From: Clostridiales bacterium
Lineage (GTDB): Bacteria; Bacillota; Clostridia; Oscillospirales; Oscillospiraceae
Reading direction: 5' to 3'
Length of the DNA: 64,000 nt
Assembly: GCA_029008095.1 (NCBI GenBank)
Contig: JAQXJB010000006.1
Span: forward strand, 3,135-67,134
Shown: in pieces, positions 29,675 through 39,292 of the stretch
How the letters are laid out: every line of letters starts with the position of its first letter
Numbering within the stretch: the stretch's first letter is position 1
Made by a program: the position numbers and the translations under genes
The notes under the pieces: model-generated
Database searches by the model: none
Told to the model about the DNA's origin: nothing
The model's input: the letters and a program-made list of their open reading frames with translations, nothing else

Positions 29675-30661
29675 TCAGAACATTTCCTTGCTCATGCGGG
29701 CGATCTGTCTGGAGACCTCCTCATAGACGCCGGGATAAGTGCTGCCGGGTCCGCCGGCAGTACAGCAGGGAATGAAATATTTGTTTCCGCAGGCGCGGCA
29801 CATCTTCTCAACATAGGCTCCGACCTTCTCAGGGGTCCAGTCATGGGTATCCACAACACCGTTGTTGATGCCGCCCATGAAGGATATCTGTCCGCCGTAC
29901 TTCTCGATCAGCTCTGGAATATTGTTGGTGTCCAGACAACCCTGGAAAATATCGATGCCCATTTCTATCATATACGGCACAAGTGTGGCGGCGTATGAGT
30001 CGCTGTGGTGAACGATGACCTCAACGCCATGCTCCTTATAGTAACCGTATATCTTCTTATAGGCGGGAAGGATAAATTCCTCAAACATCTCCGGAGACAG
30101 GAAGGTAGACTTCTGGCTGCCCCAGTCGTCATGATGCAGTATAGCGTCAGGATGCTGATTTTCGCAGATGACGCGGGCATATTCCAGTTCCCAGTCGGTT
30201 ATGTAGTCGATAAGCTCATGCATAGCCTCGGGCTCAAGGTAGAAGTTGATGAGGCAGTCATCCATGCCCATGAGGTAATGGAGCTGCTCGAAAACGCCGG
30301 GAGCGACCATTGCTGTGGCAAAATACTCGCTGCGGTCAACAGCGTCTACCGCGGGCTGAAACTCCGCCCATTCCTCCTTGCTGAACTCAAGATTAGGAGC
30401 ATGGACAGTCTCGCGCCACTTGGTGATGTTCTTGACGACCTTGTGCTCCTCGTCATGCACAGGGAAGGGGCCGGGAGTGTTCTCCTTGAACTGGATGGTC
30501 ACGCCCCAGGAATTCACTACGGTGTTGCCGGTACGAACGCCGAAGTTTGCCTTCATATAGGGGTTGCCCATGATGAGTACAAAGGGCTCGTACTGGTCTA
30601 CAAATCTGTCGGGCCTGCCGCCCTTGATTGTCTCGATAAGGTTCTGGCGTTTGGTAAGCAT
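29675..30661 (-). CDS. uroporphyrinogen decarboxylase (URO-D) family protein, methyltransferase-like
   Basis: 328 aa. Length and overall sequence resemble URO-D/MtaA-like proteins, from memory. Confidence 0.7.
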   Translation of the reverse strand: MLTKRQNLIETIKGGRPDRFVDQYEPFVLIMGNPYMKANFGVRTGNTVVNSWGVTIQFKENTPGPFPVHDEEHKVVKNITKWRETVHAPNLEFSKEEWAEFQPAVDAVDRSEYFATAMVAPGVFEQLHYLMGMDDCLINFYLEPEAMHELIDYITDWELEYARVICENQHPDAILHHDDWGSQKSTFLSPEMFEEFILPAYKKIYGYYKEHGVEVIVHHSDSYAATLVPYMIEMGIDIFQGCLDTNNIPELIEKYGGQISFMGGINNGVVDTHDWTPEKVGAYVEKMCRACGNKYFIPCCTAGGPGSTYPGVYEEVSRQIARMSKEMF

Positions 30662-30702
30662 GTCTGTTCCACCTTTCTTTTTTCGGGCTTTATTATTTTG
30701 TT

Positions 30703-31359
30703 TTATTGCATGTCATAACCTGTTTTCGGCTCTATCCCCGCAGCCTGAGCGATGCGCATTACGCCCACATCGGCGATGGTGACAGTGCTCTCCACATGGA
30801 TGAAATCCGTGGCGCTCCTGTCAAAGAGGATATTGGCCTGAGCCTCGAATTCGTCGTCCGCGTCCCAGAAAATGACGCGCATTGGTATGCACTCAAAGGC
30901 TTTCAGCTCATAACCAACGTCACCCACATTCAGTCTCACTCCGCCCATCGCCTCGCAGCCCCTGGCCAGGGCTTCAGGTCTGCCGGAGAACATACGGGCG
31001 AAGGGTTCAAGATTTCCTTTCTTAAAGGCCGGACCAAATACAGCGGCATCCTTCAGGTCGGCAAAGGCAACCCATTCGCCGCTGAGTGAGGCATCCGGCT
31101 TGGCGTAAGCAAAAAGGGTGAAAATATTAAATATTTCTCCTATACTCAATGCAGCCGTTGGCTCGTCCAAATCGCGGATCATTCCCGTTTTCAGGCTTAC
31201 GGCGCAGCGGCGGCCAAAGTGAGTTATCTTTAAATCGCCGTTTTCTATGGCTATCTCCGGCAAACGCCGGCACAGCTCCGCAATGTCCATCCGCAGAAAC
31301 CGCCGCTGCCATTCCTCCACCTGGAGTTCATAATTGGAGGGGCGCTTTTTGGTTTCCAT
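30703..31359 (-). CDS. DUF3786-like protein
   Basis: 218 aa. Resembles the DUF3786 family, from memory. Adjacent to the URO-D-family gene. Confidence 0.55.
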   Translation of the reverse strand: METKKRPSNYELQVEEWQRRFLRMDIAELCRRLPEIAIENGDLKITHFGRRCAVSLKTGMIRDLDEPTAALSIGEIFNIFTLFAYAKPDASLSGEWVAFADLKDAAVFGPAFKKGNLEPFARMFSGRPEALARGCEAMGGVRLNVGDVGYELKAFECIPMRVIFWDADDEFEAQANILFDRSATDFIHVESTVTIADVGVMRIAQAAGIEPKTGYDMQ

Positions 31360-32006
31360 TACTCCACGGCCTCCTCCCTGCTGATTTCAACCGCCCGGTA
31401 CTCCTGCCCCAGCACCAGCAGCTCCACGCTGCCCGCGCTGATATCGGCAAGGCGAATATTCACCTCTCCGGAGGTTCCCGAGGGCAAGAACGCTTCAATG
31501 GTAATGTCCGCTCCGTAGTCCACGTTTTCTATCACGGCGCCGGCGGCTTCAAGCTCACGGCGCACGCGCTCATAAAGGCTATACGGACATGCCGTGACCG
31601 TACTCTCCCAAATATCCATGCGGCTTACGCCGGCCGCCTCCAACGCCAGCTTTGCCGCCTGAGAATAAGCCCGGACAAGTCCGCCCGTGCCAAGCAGAAT
31701 ACCCCCGAAATAGCGGGTGACCACACAGCAGACGTTGAATATCTCCCCCGCTCGAAACACATTCAGCGTTGGCATGCCTGATGTCCCACCGGGCTCTCCG
31801 TCATCGGAATAACGCATTGCTCCGCCCTCGCGTATTATGTAGGCGTACACGTTATGGGTGGCATCCCAATGCTTTTCACGCATTTCCTTGATATGCGCCA
31901 CCGCTTCCTCTTCGTTTTCGACCGGCCAGACCCGTCCGATAAAGCGGCTTCGTTTTTCAACGAACTCCGCTTCGCCGAATCTTGCGGGCACAAGGTAGCC
32001 GCTCAT
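31359..32006 (-). CDS. yigZ: YigZ/IMPACT-family protein
   Basis: Start at the ATG forming an ATGA overlap with the hflX stop. Motifs KRSRFIGRVWPV and HNVYAY...SDDGEPGGTSG. Confidence 0.8.
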   Translation of the reverse strand: MSGYLVPARFGEAEFVEKRSRFIGRVWPVENEEEAVAHIKEMREKHWDATHNVYAYIIREGGAMRYSDDGEPGGTSGMPTLNVFRAGEIFNVCCVVTRYFGGILLGTGGLVRAYSQAAKLALEAAGVSRMDIWESTVTACPYSLYERVRRELEAAGAVIENVDYGADITIEAFLPSGTSGEVNIRLADISAGSVELLVLGQEYRAVEISREEAVE

Positions 32007-33298
32007 ACAACGTACTCCCTTATCTTGCCGTAAACGCCTGCCGGGCAAACAGCCTTTACAGCCACGCCGGTATCGGTATATTCGCTTTGCAGCACCTTGC
32101 ATTCCTTGTGCAGCACATCCAGCAGGCCGCCTTTATCATATGGTATCATAAGATCAAGGGTCTTTACTCCGGCGCTGAGAATATCAAATATCTTCTTTTT
32201 CAGCTCGTCCAGGCCCTCGCCGGTGATAGCGGAGACCTTAACCGCTCCGTCCTTGGCAAATATGCCTGCCGCTCCGGGCTTATCGCACTTATTATAGACC
32301 TCCACTCTGGGCGTCTCCGAAGCACCGAGTTCGGCGATGAGCTTATCCACCACCTCAGCCTGCTTCTCCCACTCGGGATTGGAAACATCAATGACGTGGA
32401 CTATGACATCGGCAAACTGCAGTTCCTCAAGAGTTGCCTTAAAGGCTTCCACGAGCTGATGGGGCAGCTTTCTGATGAAGCCGACGGTATCCGAGAGCAG
32501 GACCTCAAGGGTATCATCCAGGCGCATACGGCGCGTTGTGGTATCAAGGGTATCGAAAAGGCGGTCGCCGGTCTGAATATCGGAATCGGTCAGGGCATTG
32601 AGCAATGTTGACTTACCCGCGTTGGTGTAGCCTACCAGCGCCACGGTGCTGACGGAATTTTTCTCCCGCAGGCGGCGCTGGGTAGCACGCACGCGGCGCA
32701 CCTCGCTCAATTCTTCCTCAAGAGCGTTTATCTTGCGGTGGATATGCCGTCTGTCGCTTTCAAGCTGGGTCTCACCGGGGCCGCGCGTACCTATCCTGCT
32801 GCCGCCGGAGGCCGTCTGACGCACGAGGTGGGACCACATACCCACAAGGCGGGGCAGCAGATACTTATACTGTGCCAGTTCCACCTGCAGACGTCCCTCG
32901 CGGGTCTTGGCGCGTCCGGCAAAGATATCGAGAATAAGTCCGCTGCGGTCAAGCACCTTAACGCCCAGCTCCTCGGATAGAACACGCATCTGGGAGGGTG
33001 AAAGTTCATTATCAAATACAACAAGGTCGCATCCGTTTGCCTCCACCGCTTCCTTGACCTCCTTCACCTTACCCGCCCCGATAAAGCTTCCGGGGTCGGG
33101 TGTGGGACGGTGCTGAAGCGTCACACCGCAGGTCACGCCGCCGGCGGTCTCCAGCAGAGCCTCCAGCTCCGCCATTGTGACCTCGTCCGAGCGTTCGTCA
33201 GGCTCAAGCGCGTCGGAATTGAGTCCCACTAAAATTGCCTTTTCCGGCGCGCGGTTCATTGTTTCATATTTGCTGCCAAAGCCCTGTACTACATCCAT
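32003..33298 (-). CDS. hflX: GTPase HflX
   Basis: 431 aa with G1 GYTNAGKSTL and G3 DTVGFI. Confidence 0.9.
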   Translation of the reverse strand: MDVVQGFGSKYETMNRAPEKAILVGLNSDALEPDERSDEVTMAELEALLETAGGVTCGVTLQHRPTPDPGSFIGAGKVKEVKEAVEANGCDLVVFDNELSPSQMRVLSEELGVKVLDRSGLILDIFAGRAKTREGRLQVELAQYKYLLPRLVGMWSHLVRQTASGGSRIGTRGPGETQLESDRRHIHRKINALEEELSEVRRVRATQRRLREKNSVSTVALVGYTNAGKSTLLNALTDSDIQTGDRLFDTLDTTTRRMRLDDTLEVLLSDTVGFIRKLPHQLVEAFKATLEELQFADVIVHVIDVSNPEWEKQAEVVDKLIAELGASETPRVEVYNKCDKPGAAGIFAKDGAVKVSAITGEGLDELKKKIFDILSAGVKTLDLMIPYDKGGLLDVLHKECKVLQSEYTDTGVAVKAVCPAGVYGKIREYVV

Positions 33299-33667
33299 AC
33301 TTCTTATCTCCGTGTGAGTTTTTGATTATTATGTGCGGTATTTCCAATTATACACGTATTTAAATAAAGTATAAAGCCTCCCTCCACCGCTGTCAACAGC
33401 AAGGGAAGGCAGTTATCTATTCCGGTCTCAAGCTTCCGGTCATAGCCCGGCAAATTCCACAACAACGTCTCTTGCATTTCATGCACATTTACTGGCACAT
33501 GACCTTGATTTTATGCTCTCAATAGTCTAAAATCATCTCGGGAAAGTGAATAAGCTATAGAGTATTGAGAGGCTGCAGCCCGCTTCGCCTCCCATAATGC
33601 TGTGCTTCTTTCGCTTTTCTATCAACCGTCCGATGGACAACTAAAAAAGAAAGAAAGGATATCCAAC

Positions 33668-34621
33668 ATGAAAAAACTCACATCACTGTTCCTCGCGCTC
33701 GTCCTTTGCATTGGTCTGACTGTTCCCGCCCTTGCAACCGGAGAGCAGTACAAAGAGCTCAAGATCAGCACTATGACAGACTCCATCATCACCTTTGAAG
33801 CGGCTTACAAGACAAACACCACTATAAATATTATCTATGGTGAGGAACCCCTTGAGCAGAACGTACAACTCATAGTTGTTAAGCCCGGCAGCAAGATTAC
33901 TGTAAAAACCATCGGCGGTGATGAGACTTTCTACGATGCTTTCGCTATTGTATATGAAGAAGAGTATGGCTGCTACTGCGATAGCGGAGCGGTCGTTGAG
34001 CTGTACAGCGGCACTGCAGAAGAAATCTTCTGCTTTGAATCGGATACTTTGCTTATGATGCCCGATTTCGAATATTTCATCAAGCTTGGTGAAGGGGCTG
34101 CCGCCGCACCCACCTTTACCGATGTAAAAGCCGACGAATACTATGCCGTTCCCGTGGCATGGGCCGTTAAAAAGAGTATAACTGACGGAACCTCCGACAC
34201 TACCTTCTCCCCCAACGTCACCTGTTCCAACGCTCAGATTCTGACCTTTATGTGGCGTGCCGCCGGTTCTCCTGAGTCCACCGCTGCCAACCCCTTTACC
34301 AACCTGACCGGCAGCGAATATTACGCCAAGGCCGCCGTGTGGGCATATGAGAACGGTATGGTCTCCGGCACCTCCTTTGACGCCGACAAGGACTGCACCC
34401 GCTCCATGACTGTGGAATATTTCTGGAAGCAGGCCGGAAGCCCCACAACAACCGTCTCCGACATGTTTACCGATGTAGCTGCCGGTTCTTCCTACGCTCA
34501 GGCTGTGGCATGGGCCGTTGAGAACGGTATAACCGATGGAACCTCCGACACCACCTTCTCTCCCGCCGACACCTGCACCCGTGGGCAAATCGTTACCTTC
34601 CTGTACCGCGCACTGGCGTGA
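33668..34621 (+). CDS. secreted protein with three C-terminal SLH-like repeats
   Basis: Start at the ATG at 33668 with a signal peptide (MKKLTSLFLALVLCIGLTVPALA). Three FTDV...YYA.AVAWAV..GIT.GTSDTTFSP repeats. Confidence 0.75.
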   Translation: MKKLTSLFLALVLCIGLTVPALATGEQYKELKISTMTDSIITFEAAYKTNTTINIIYGEEPLEQNVQLIVVKPGSKITVKTIGGDETFYDAFAIVYEEEYGCYCDSGAVVELYSGTAEEIFCFESDTLLMMPDFEYFIKLGEGAAAAPTFTDVKADEYYAVPVAWAVKKSITDGTSDTTFSPNVTCSNAQILTFMWRAAGSPESTAANPFTNLTGSEYYAKAAVWAYENGMVSGTSFDADKDCTRSMTVEYFWKQAGSPTTTVSDMFTDVAAGSSYAQAVAWAVENGITDGTSDTTFSPADTCTRGQIVTFLYRALA

Positions 34622-34660
34622 GCGGAGAGCACGCAGCTTATATCAATTGGGCAAGCCAAA

Positions 34661-34704
34661 AGCACTGTGCGGTGGGACTCCATCGCACAAGTGCTTTTGT
34701 TTTT
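34661..34704 (+). terminator. intrinsic terminator after the SLH gene
   Basis: AGCACTGTGCG - loop - CGCACAAGTGCT followed by a T-run. Confidence 0.65.
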
Positions 34705-34729
34705 ATAAAATCGCGGCGTAGCACGGAAA

Positions 34730-34760
34730 ATGGGCACAGCGGAATATCCGCCGTGCCCAT
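34730..34760 (-). terminator. intrinsic terminator after the SDR gene
   Basis: ATGGGCACAGCGG-AATAT-CCGCCGTGCCCAT flanked by A/T runs. Confidence 0.65.
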
Positions 34761-34786
34761 TTTGATTCAGATATGTAGGAACGGAT

Positions 34787-35806
34787 TTATCTCTTGATCC
34801 AATCCAAATCCTTACGCGCCTGGCCGAAAGCCTCGCCGCCTTCGGGAACAGCCCAACCCATCGCGGGAGGCTCCTTGCCCTCAGCCTTCATCTTTTCCAT
34901 CATTTCCTGCATAGCCTTCATCTTCTCGGCCTGGATAGCGTCACGCTCAGCCTGAGTGAGGGTGTAGTTCTCAATGGTCTCGTTCAGGCCGCGGAGCTGG
35001 GGAGCCCAGGTGCTGGGATCGGGATTGGGCATGGCAATGATACGGCCTGTCTCAATGGCTTCCTTGAGTATTTCTGCGAGCTCAATGGGATCCTGACCGG
35101 TAGCATGTACGGAACGGAGGTGCATCATGGTGCCCTCAGAAACATGATAGCCGGTGTTTCTCAAATTTGCGGGACGATACTTCTCGGCGTTGCCGATGTT
35201 GGAGTTGATATTTGCGGGGCAGAGAACAGTTGCGCCTGCGCCATATTTTCTCAGAGTATCGGCATAGGAATACATGAGGTTATTAACAGCGGCCTTGGCA
35301 GCGCCATAAGGACCGCAGCCGGAATTGCCCATAAACGCGCCCATAGAGGAGGTGGTGGCGACATGGAACTCAGTCTTGCCGGCATAAGCCTTGATCATTC
35401 TGGGAACGAAGATAAGCAGGCCGTTTACAACGTGGTTGAAGCAGACGCCTACGACCCAGTCAAAATCGTCAAAGGTAGAAGCCTCAACGGGACCGAAGGA
35501 GTTAACGCCCGCGGTCTGGATGAGGAGGTGGGGAGGACCACCGAAGGTCTCTTCAACCTTATCGGCAGCAGCGGTATACTCTTCGCGGTTGGTCAGATCT
35601 ACCTTGATGGCAAGAACATCGCTCTCGGGGCAGCCGGCATAAGCCACGATTTCCTTCACGGCATTTTCAAGAGCATCCTCACGAACGTCCGCGATAGCGA
35701 CCTTCATGCCGCTCTTGGCAAAAACCTTAGCCTGGCCGAGACCAGCGCCGGACGCGCCGCCGGATATGAAACAAATCTTACCTGCAAAATCTTTCACTTT
35801 GTGCAC
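34787..35806 (-). CDS. short-chain dehydrogenase/reductase (SDR) with extended C-terminus
   Basis: 339 aa with ISGGASGAGLG and YGAAK. The GTG start at 35806 is only 1 nt from the SD, so the GTG at 35797 is an equally plausible start. Confidence 0.8.
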   Translation of the reverse strand: MHKVKDFAGKICFISGGASGAGLGQAKVFAKSGMKVAIADVREDALENAVKEIVAYAGCPESDVLAIKVDLTNREEYTAAADKVEETFGGPPHLLIQTAGVNSFGPVEASTFDDFDWVVGVCFNHVVNGLLIFVPRMIKAYAGKTEFHVATTSSMGAFMGNSGCGPYGAAKAAVNNLMYSYADTLRKYGAGATVLCPANINSNIGNAEKYRPANLRNTGYHVSEGTMMHLRSVHATGQDPIELAEILKEAIETGRIIAMPNPDPSTWAPQLRGLNETIENYTLTQAERDAIQAEKMKAMQEMMEKMKAEGKEPPAMGWAVPEGGEAFGQARKDLDWIKR

Positions 35807-36169
35807 GCTCCTTAAAATTTATTTAAACTTTTGCTAAACAAATTCACGGAAAGAGTTTAGGTTCAAACACTTTCTATCGCTTATCATAACCGCATACATA
35901 TAGCATTGTCAAGCGCTTTTTGATATTTTGAACCGTTTTTTCTTTTGTTGAAGACCTACCAAAAGGGCAAGATGATTTCTATATAAATATACGGTTTTCA
36001 CTAGATTTTATATTCAAGCGAGGCCATTGTTTTTTCTTATATCCTAACAAAGAATATTTGATTTTTTATAATCGCAGTATTTTGTGCTGATTTTGTTTAT
36101 TTTCTTACATTTTGCTCCCGATGTGCCAAAATTTTTTCTTTTTTATTGAAAACTTCTCCGTAACAAACG

Positions 36170-36198
36170 TTGACAAAATTACGTGCTTAACTTAATAT
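36170..36198 (+). promoter_or_regulatory. promoter of the Mo-hydroxylase operon
   Basis: TTGACA, 17-bp spacer, TAATAT, within a 470-bp AT-rich spacer. Confidence 0.5.
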
Positions 36199-36279
36199 AT
36201 TAATATCATTAGATGTTTCTAATTGTGGAGCAGTTTGCCCTGCGGCAGCTTTGCTCCAGCTTTTTAAGGAGGTAATGAA

Positions 36280-36945
36280 ATGACAGACGCAAAGGATATG
36301 ACCTTCACTCTCGAAACCGCTCACGTTAAGGTTTCCGAGATGATCGGTGCTATCCCCACAACGCTCTCCGAATACCGCTGCCCGCTGTGCGGCAAGATAT
36401 TCGGAAGCTATGCAGACATCAAGCAGCACTACGCAGTAGAGCATGTCGGCGCTATCCCCCCCACTACCGTTGTACTTAACCTCAATGGCAAGAACTGCGA
36501 GGTCCTCATCGAACCCCACTGGACTCTCAAGCGCACTCTGCAGTTCCGCCTCGGCCTCACCGGCGCAAAGCACATGTGCGACAAGGGCGTCTGCGGCTCC
36601 TGCACCGTTATCATGGACGGCCGCGCAGTCCTCTCCTGCCAGATGCTCGCCGTAGAATGCGAGGGACACGCGATCCAGACCGTAGAAGGCATTGCCGCCG
36701 ATCCCAAGTGGAAGCCCCTGGTGGATGCTTACTGCCGCTGGGACGCTATGCAGTGCGGTTACTGCACCCCCGGCTTCCTGGTATCCGCCAAGGCTCTCCT
36801 GGACAAGAATCCCAACCCCACGGAACAGGAGATCAAGGAAGCTCTCTCGGGCAACATCTGCATCTGCGGTACTTATCCCCGCCACGCCCAGGCTATCCTG
36901 GAGGCGGTAGAAAGAATGTCGGAAGGAGCGGTAACAAATGGCTGA
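36280..36945 (+). CDS. molybdenum hydroxylase [2Fe-2S] small subunit with N-terminal C2H2 zinc-finger extension
   Basis: 221 aa with CDKGVCGSCTV and QCGYCTPGF cluster motifs. N-terminal YRCPLCGKIFGSYADIKQHYAVEH. Confidence 0.85.
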   Translation: MTDAKDMTFTLETAHVKVSEMIGAIPTTLSEYRCPLCGKIFGSYADIKQHYAVEHVGAIPPTTVVLNLNGKNCEVLIEPHWTLKRTLQFRLGLTGAKHMCDKGVCGSCTVIMDGRAVLSCQMLAVECEGHAIQTVEGIAADPKWKPLVDAYCRWDAMQCGYCTPGFLVSAKALLDKNPNPTEQEIKEALSGNICICGTYPRHAQAILEAVERMSEGAVTNG

Positions 36946-39283
36946 TATAGTAGGCGTAAACGGTCAAAGAGAAGATTTCCGAGTAGTCGGCAAGCACAAC
37001 CTTCCCGGCAAGCTTTCCTATGCTCTGGCTACCGGTATCGCTAAGTTCGGTATGGACTATGTTCTGCCCAACATGCTTCATGCCAAGTTTCTTCGCTGCC
37101 CCTATGCCAACGCGAAGATAGTCAAGCTGGACACCACCAAGGCCCGCGCTCTCCCCGGCGTTGTTGACATCGTCACCTGGGAAGACGAGGACATCAAGAA
37201 GCTCGGCCAGAACCCCTTCGGACCTCCCTCCCGTCCTTATCTGGATAATTGGGGCGATCAGGAAGGCGCCGAGGTCGGCTGCATCGTTGTCGCAGAGGAC
37301 GAGGATATCTGCGAAGAGGCTCTTCGTCTGCTGGATATCGAATGGGAAGTTCTCGGCCACGTTGTTGACACTCTTAAGGGCCGCGAGGACGATGCTCCCG
37401 TAGTCCGCCAGGTTCAGGAGCCCAAGGACATGTTCTCTCCCCCTCCCGCAAAGGAGAAGAAGGGCAACGTTTCCTACGCCGTCACCACTCAGGGCGACAT
37501 TGAGAAGGGCTTTGCCGAGGCTGACCACATCATCGAGTATAAGCTGATGCTCCCCGCATTCGCATCTCATATGCCCAATCCCCCCGCATCCGTCGCATGG
37601 TGGGAGAAGAACCCCTACCACGGCGAAGAGCCCGACCTTCACATCGAAGGCGCTGTCCAGAGACGTGAGAACATCGGCCGGATGTACGGCGTTTCCAACG
37701 AAAAGACCATCCAGGAAGGCCTCTTCCAGGGCGGTAAGTACTGCGACTGGGGTATGCGTAAGTCTCAGGAGATCACGCCCCTGCTGGCTAAGCGCACCGG
37801 CCGCCCCGTTCGCTGCGCAAACACTCGTGAGGAAACCTTCGACTTCCTCATGAACGAGCGCTTCATGTACCTCAAGGTTGGCTTTACCAAGGACGGTCTC
37901 ATAACCGCTATCGACGACTTCTCCGTTGCTGACAACGGCGTTTACGGTTCTTCCTCCTTCGGTGCCGCCAATGACCAGGGTTATGGCCCCTACTACACCT
38001 TCAAGTGCCCCAACATCCGTCAGCAGATGGACGTTGTCGACACCAACCGCGGCAAGATGTACCTCTCCGGCCAGCACTGCCCCTTTAACTGGGACTCCGG
38101 CACAATGGCCATCTACCTCATCGCGGAAAAGCTGGGCAAGGATCCCATCGATATTGCTCTACTGAACGTTCACGGTCCCGATTCTCAGGAAGACAACACC
38201 GTCACCCCCAGCTTCGCCGCCTGCATTGAGGCCGGTAAGAAGATGATGAACTGGAATTGGCACCCTGCCGGTACCAAAAAGCTTGAAGACGGCCGCATGC
38301 ACGGCGCCAGCTTCCGCTATCAGATTTGCCCCCGTCACGCATTCTCCGGCTATGACTGCAAGCTTGAGCTTAGAAACGGCGTAGTTCACCTGCCCACTCA
38401 GGGTCCCTGCACCGGTATCTTCGCAGTCGAGTGCAACGCAATGGTCGTTGCCGAAGAGCTTGGTCTGGAATACGAGGACATCGCCATCGATTTCGACTTC
38501 CGTGAGAAGTTCACCCCCGTCGGCGGCGGTTCTGACGGCTCCACCGCTTCCTCCTGGGCAATGAAGGAGTGCGCCAACATTCTGAAGCAGAAGATTCTCG
38601 AGTCCGCTATCAAGCAGGCAGACAATCCGCCTCCTCCGGGCATGTTCGGCTTTGGTGGTCCCAAGAAGGAAAATCCTCTCAAGGGTCACAAGCCCGAAGA
38701 TCTGGATATTATCAACGGCAACGTATGCCTGAAGGATGATCCCAGCCAGGGTATCCCCCTCGCGGAGGCCACCAGCGAGAATATCTTTGCCACTTACTCC
38801 GGCCGTCCCCCCGCGGCTATCTGGACTCTCGGCATGGGCAAGAAACTCGATACCATGAACACCGTTTACTGCGAAGTCGCTGTCGACACCGATACCGGCG
38901 AGGTCGAAATTCTTCGCTTCGGCGCTGTTGCCGACCCCGGTAAGGTTCTGCGTCCCACCTCTCTTGAAAGCCAGATCGATCAGGTTCTGTACTTCTCTCA
39001 GGGCTGCCAGCTCCTCGAAGAGTTCGTCTACGATGAAAAGACCGGCGTCCGCCTGAACAACAACATGATCGATTACAAGAAGCCTACCACGCTGGACGTT
39101 CCTCATATCGACAAGCAGTATCTTGAGACCCGTGCCGGTAACGCAGCTTACGGCGCAAGCGGTATCAGCCACTCTATGGCTAACACCCACGCTGTTATCA
39201 TCGCTATCCACAACGCTATCGGCGTTTGGGTAGATCCCCCTGCCACCCCGGACAAGATCCTCAAAGCTTTAGGAAAGGCATAA
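36938..39283 (+). CDS. xanthine dehydrogenase/aldehyde oxidase-family molybdopterin-binding large subunit
   Basis: 781 aa. 8-nt overlap with the small subunit. N-terminal a/b-hammerhead-like region and a C-terminal ...IIAIHNAIG segment typical of the family. Confidence 0.85.
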   Translation: MADIVGVNGQREDFRVVGKHNLPGKLSYALATGIAKFGMDYVLPNMLHAKFLRCPYANAKIVKLDTTKARALPGVVDIVTWEDEDIKKLGQNPFGPPSRPYLDNWGDQEGAEVGCIVVAEDEDICEEALRLLDIEWEVLGHVVDTLKGREDDAPVVRQVQEPKDMFSPPPAKEKKGNVSYAVTTQGDIEKGFAEADHIIEYKLMLPAFASHMPNPPASVAWWEKNPYHGEEPDLHIEGAVQRRENIGRMYGVSNEKTIQEGLFQGGKYCDWGMRKSQEITPLLAKRTGRPVRCANTREETFDFLMNERFMYLKVGFTKDGLITAIDDFSVADNGVYGSSSFGAANDQGYGPYYTFKCPNIRQQMDVVDTNRGKMYLSGQHCPFNWDSGTMAIYLIAEKLGKDPIDIALLNVHGPDSQEDNTVTPSFAACIEAGKKMMNWNWHPAGTKKLEDGRMHGASFRYQICPRHAFSGYDCKLELRNGVVHLPTQGPCTGIFAVECNAMVVAEELGLEYEDIAIDFDFREKFTPVGGGSDGSTASSWAMKECANILKQKILESAIKQADNPPPPGMFGFGGPKKENPLKGHKPEDLDIINGNVCLKDDPSQGIPLAEATSENIFATYSGRPPAAIWTLGMGKKLDTMNTVYCEVAVDTDTGEVEILRFGAVADPGKVLRPTSLESQIDQVLYFSQGCQLLEEFVYDEKTGVRLNNNMIDYKKPTTLDVPHIDKQYLETRAGNAAYGASGISHSMANTHAVIIAIHNAIGVWVDPPATPDKILKALGKA

Positions 39284-39292
39284 GGTGATAGA

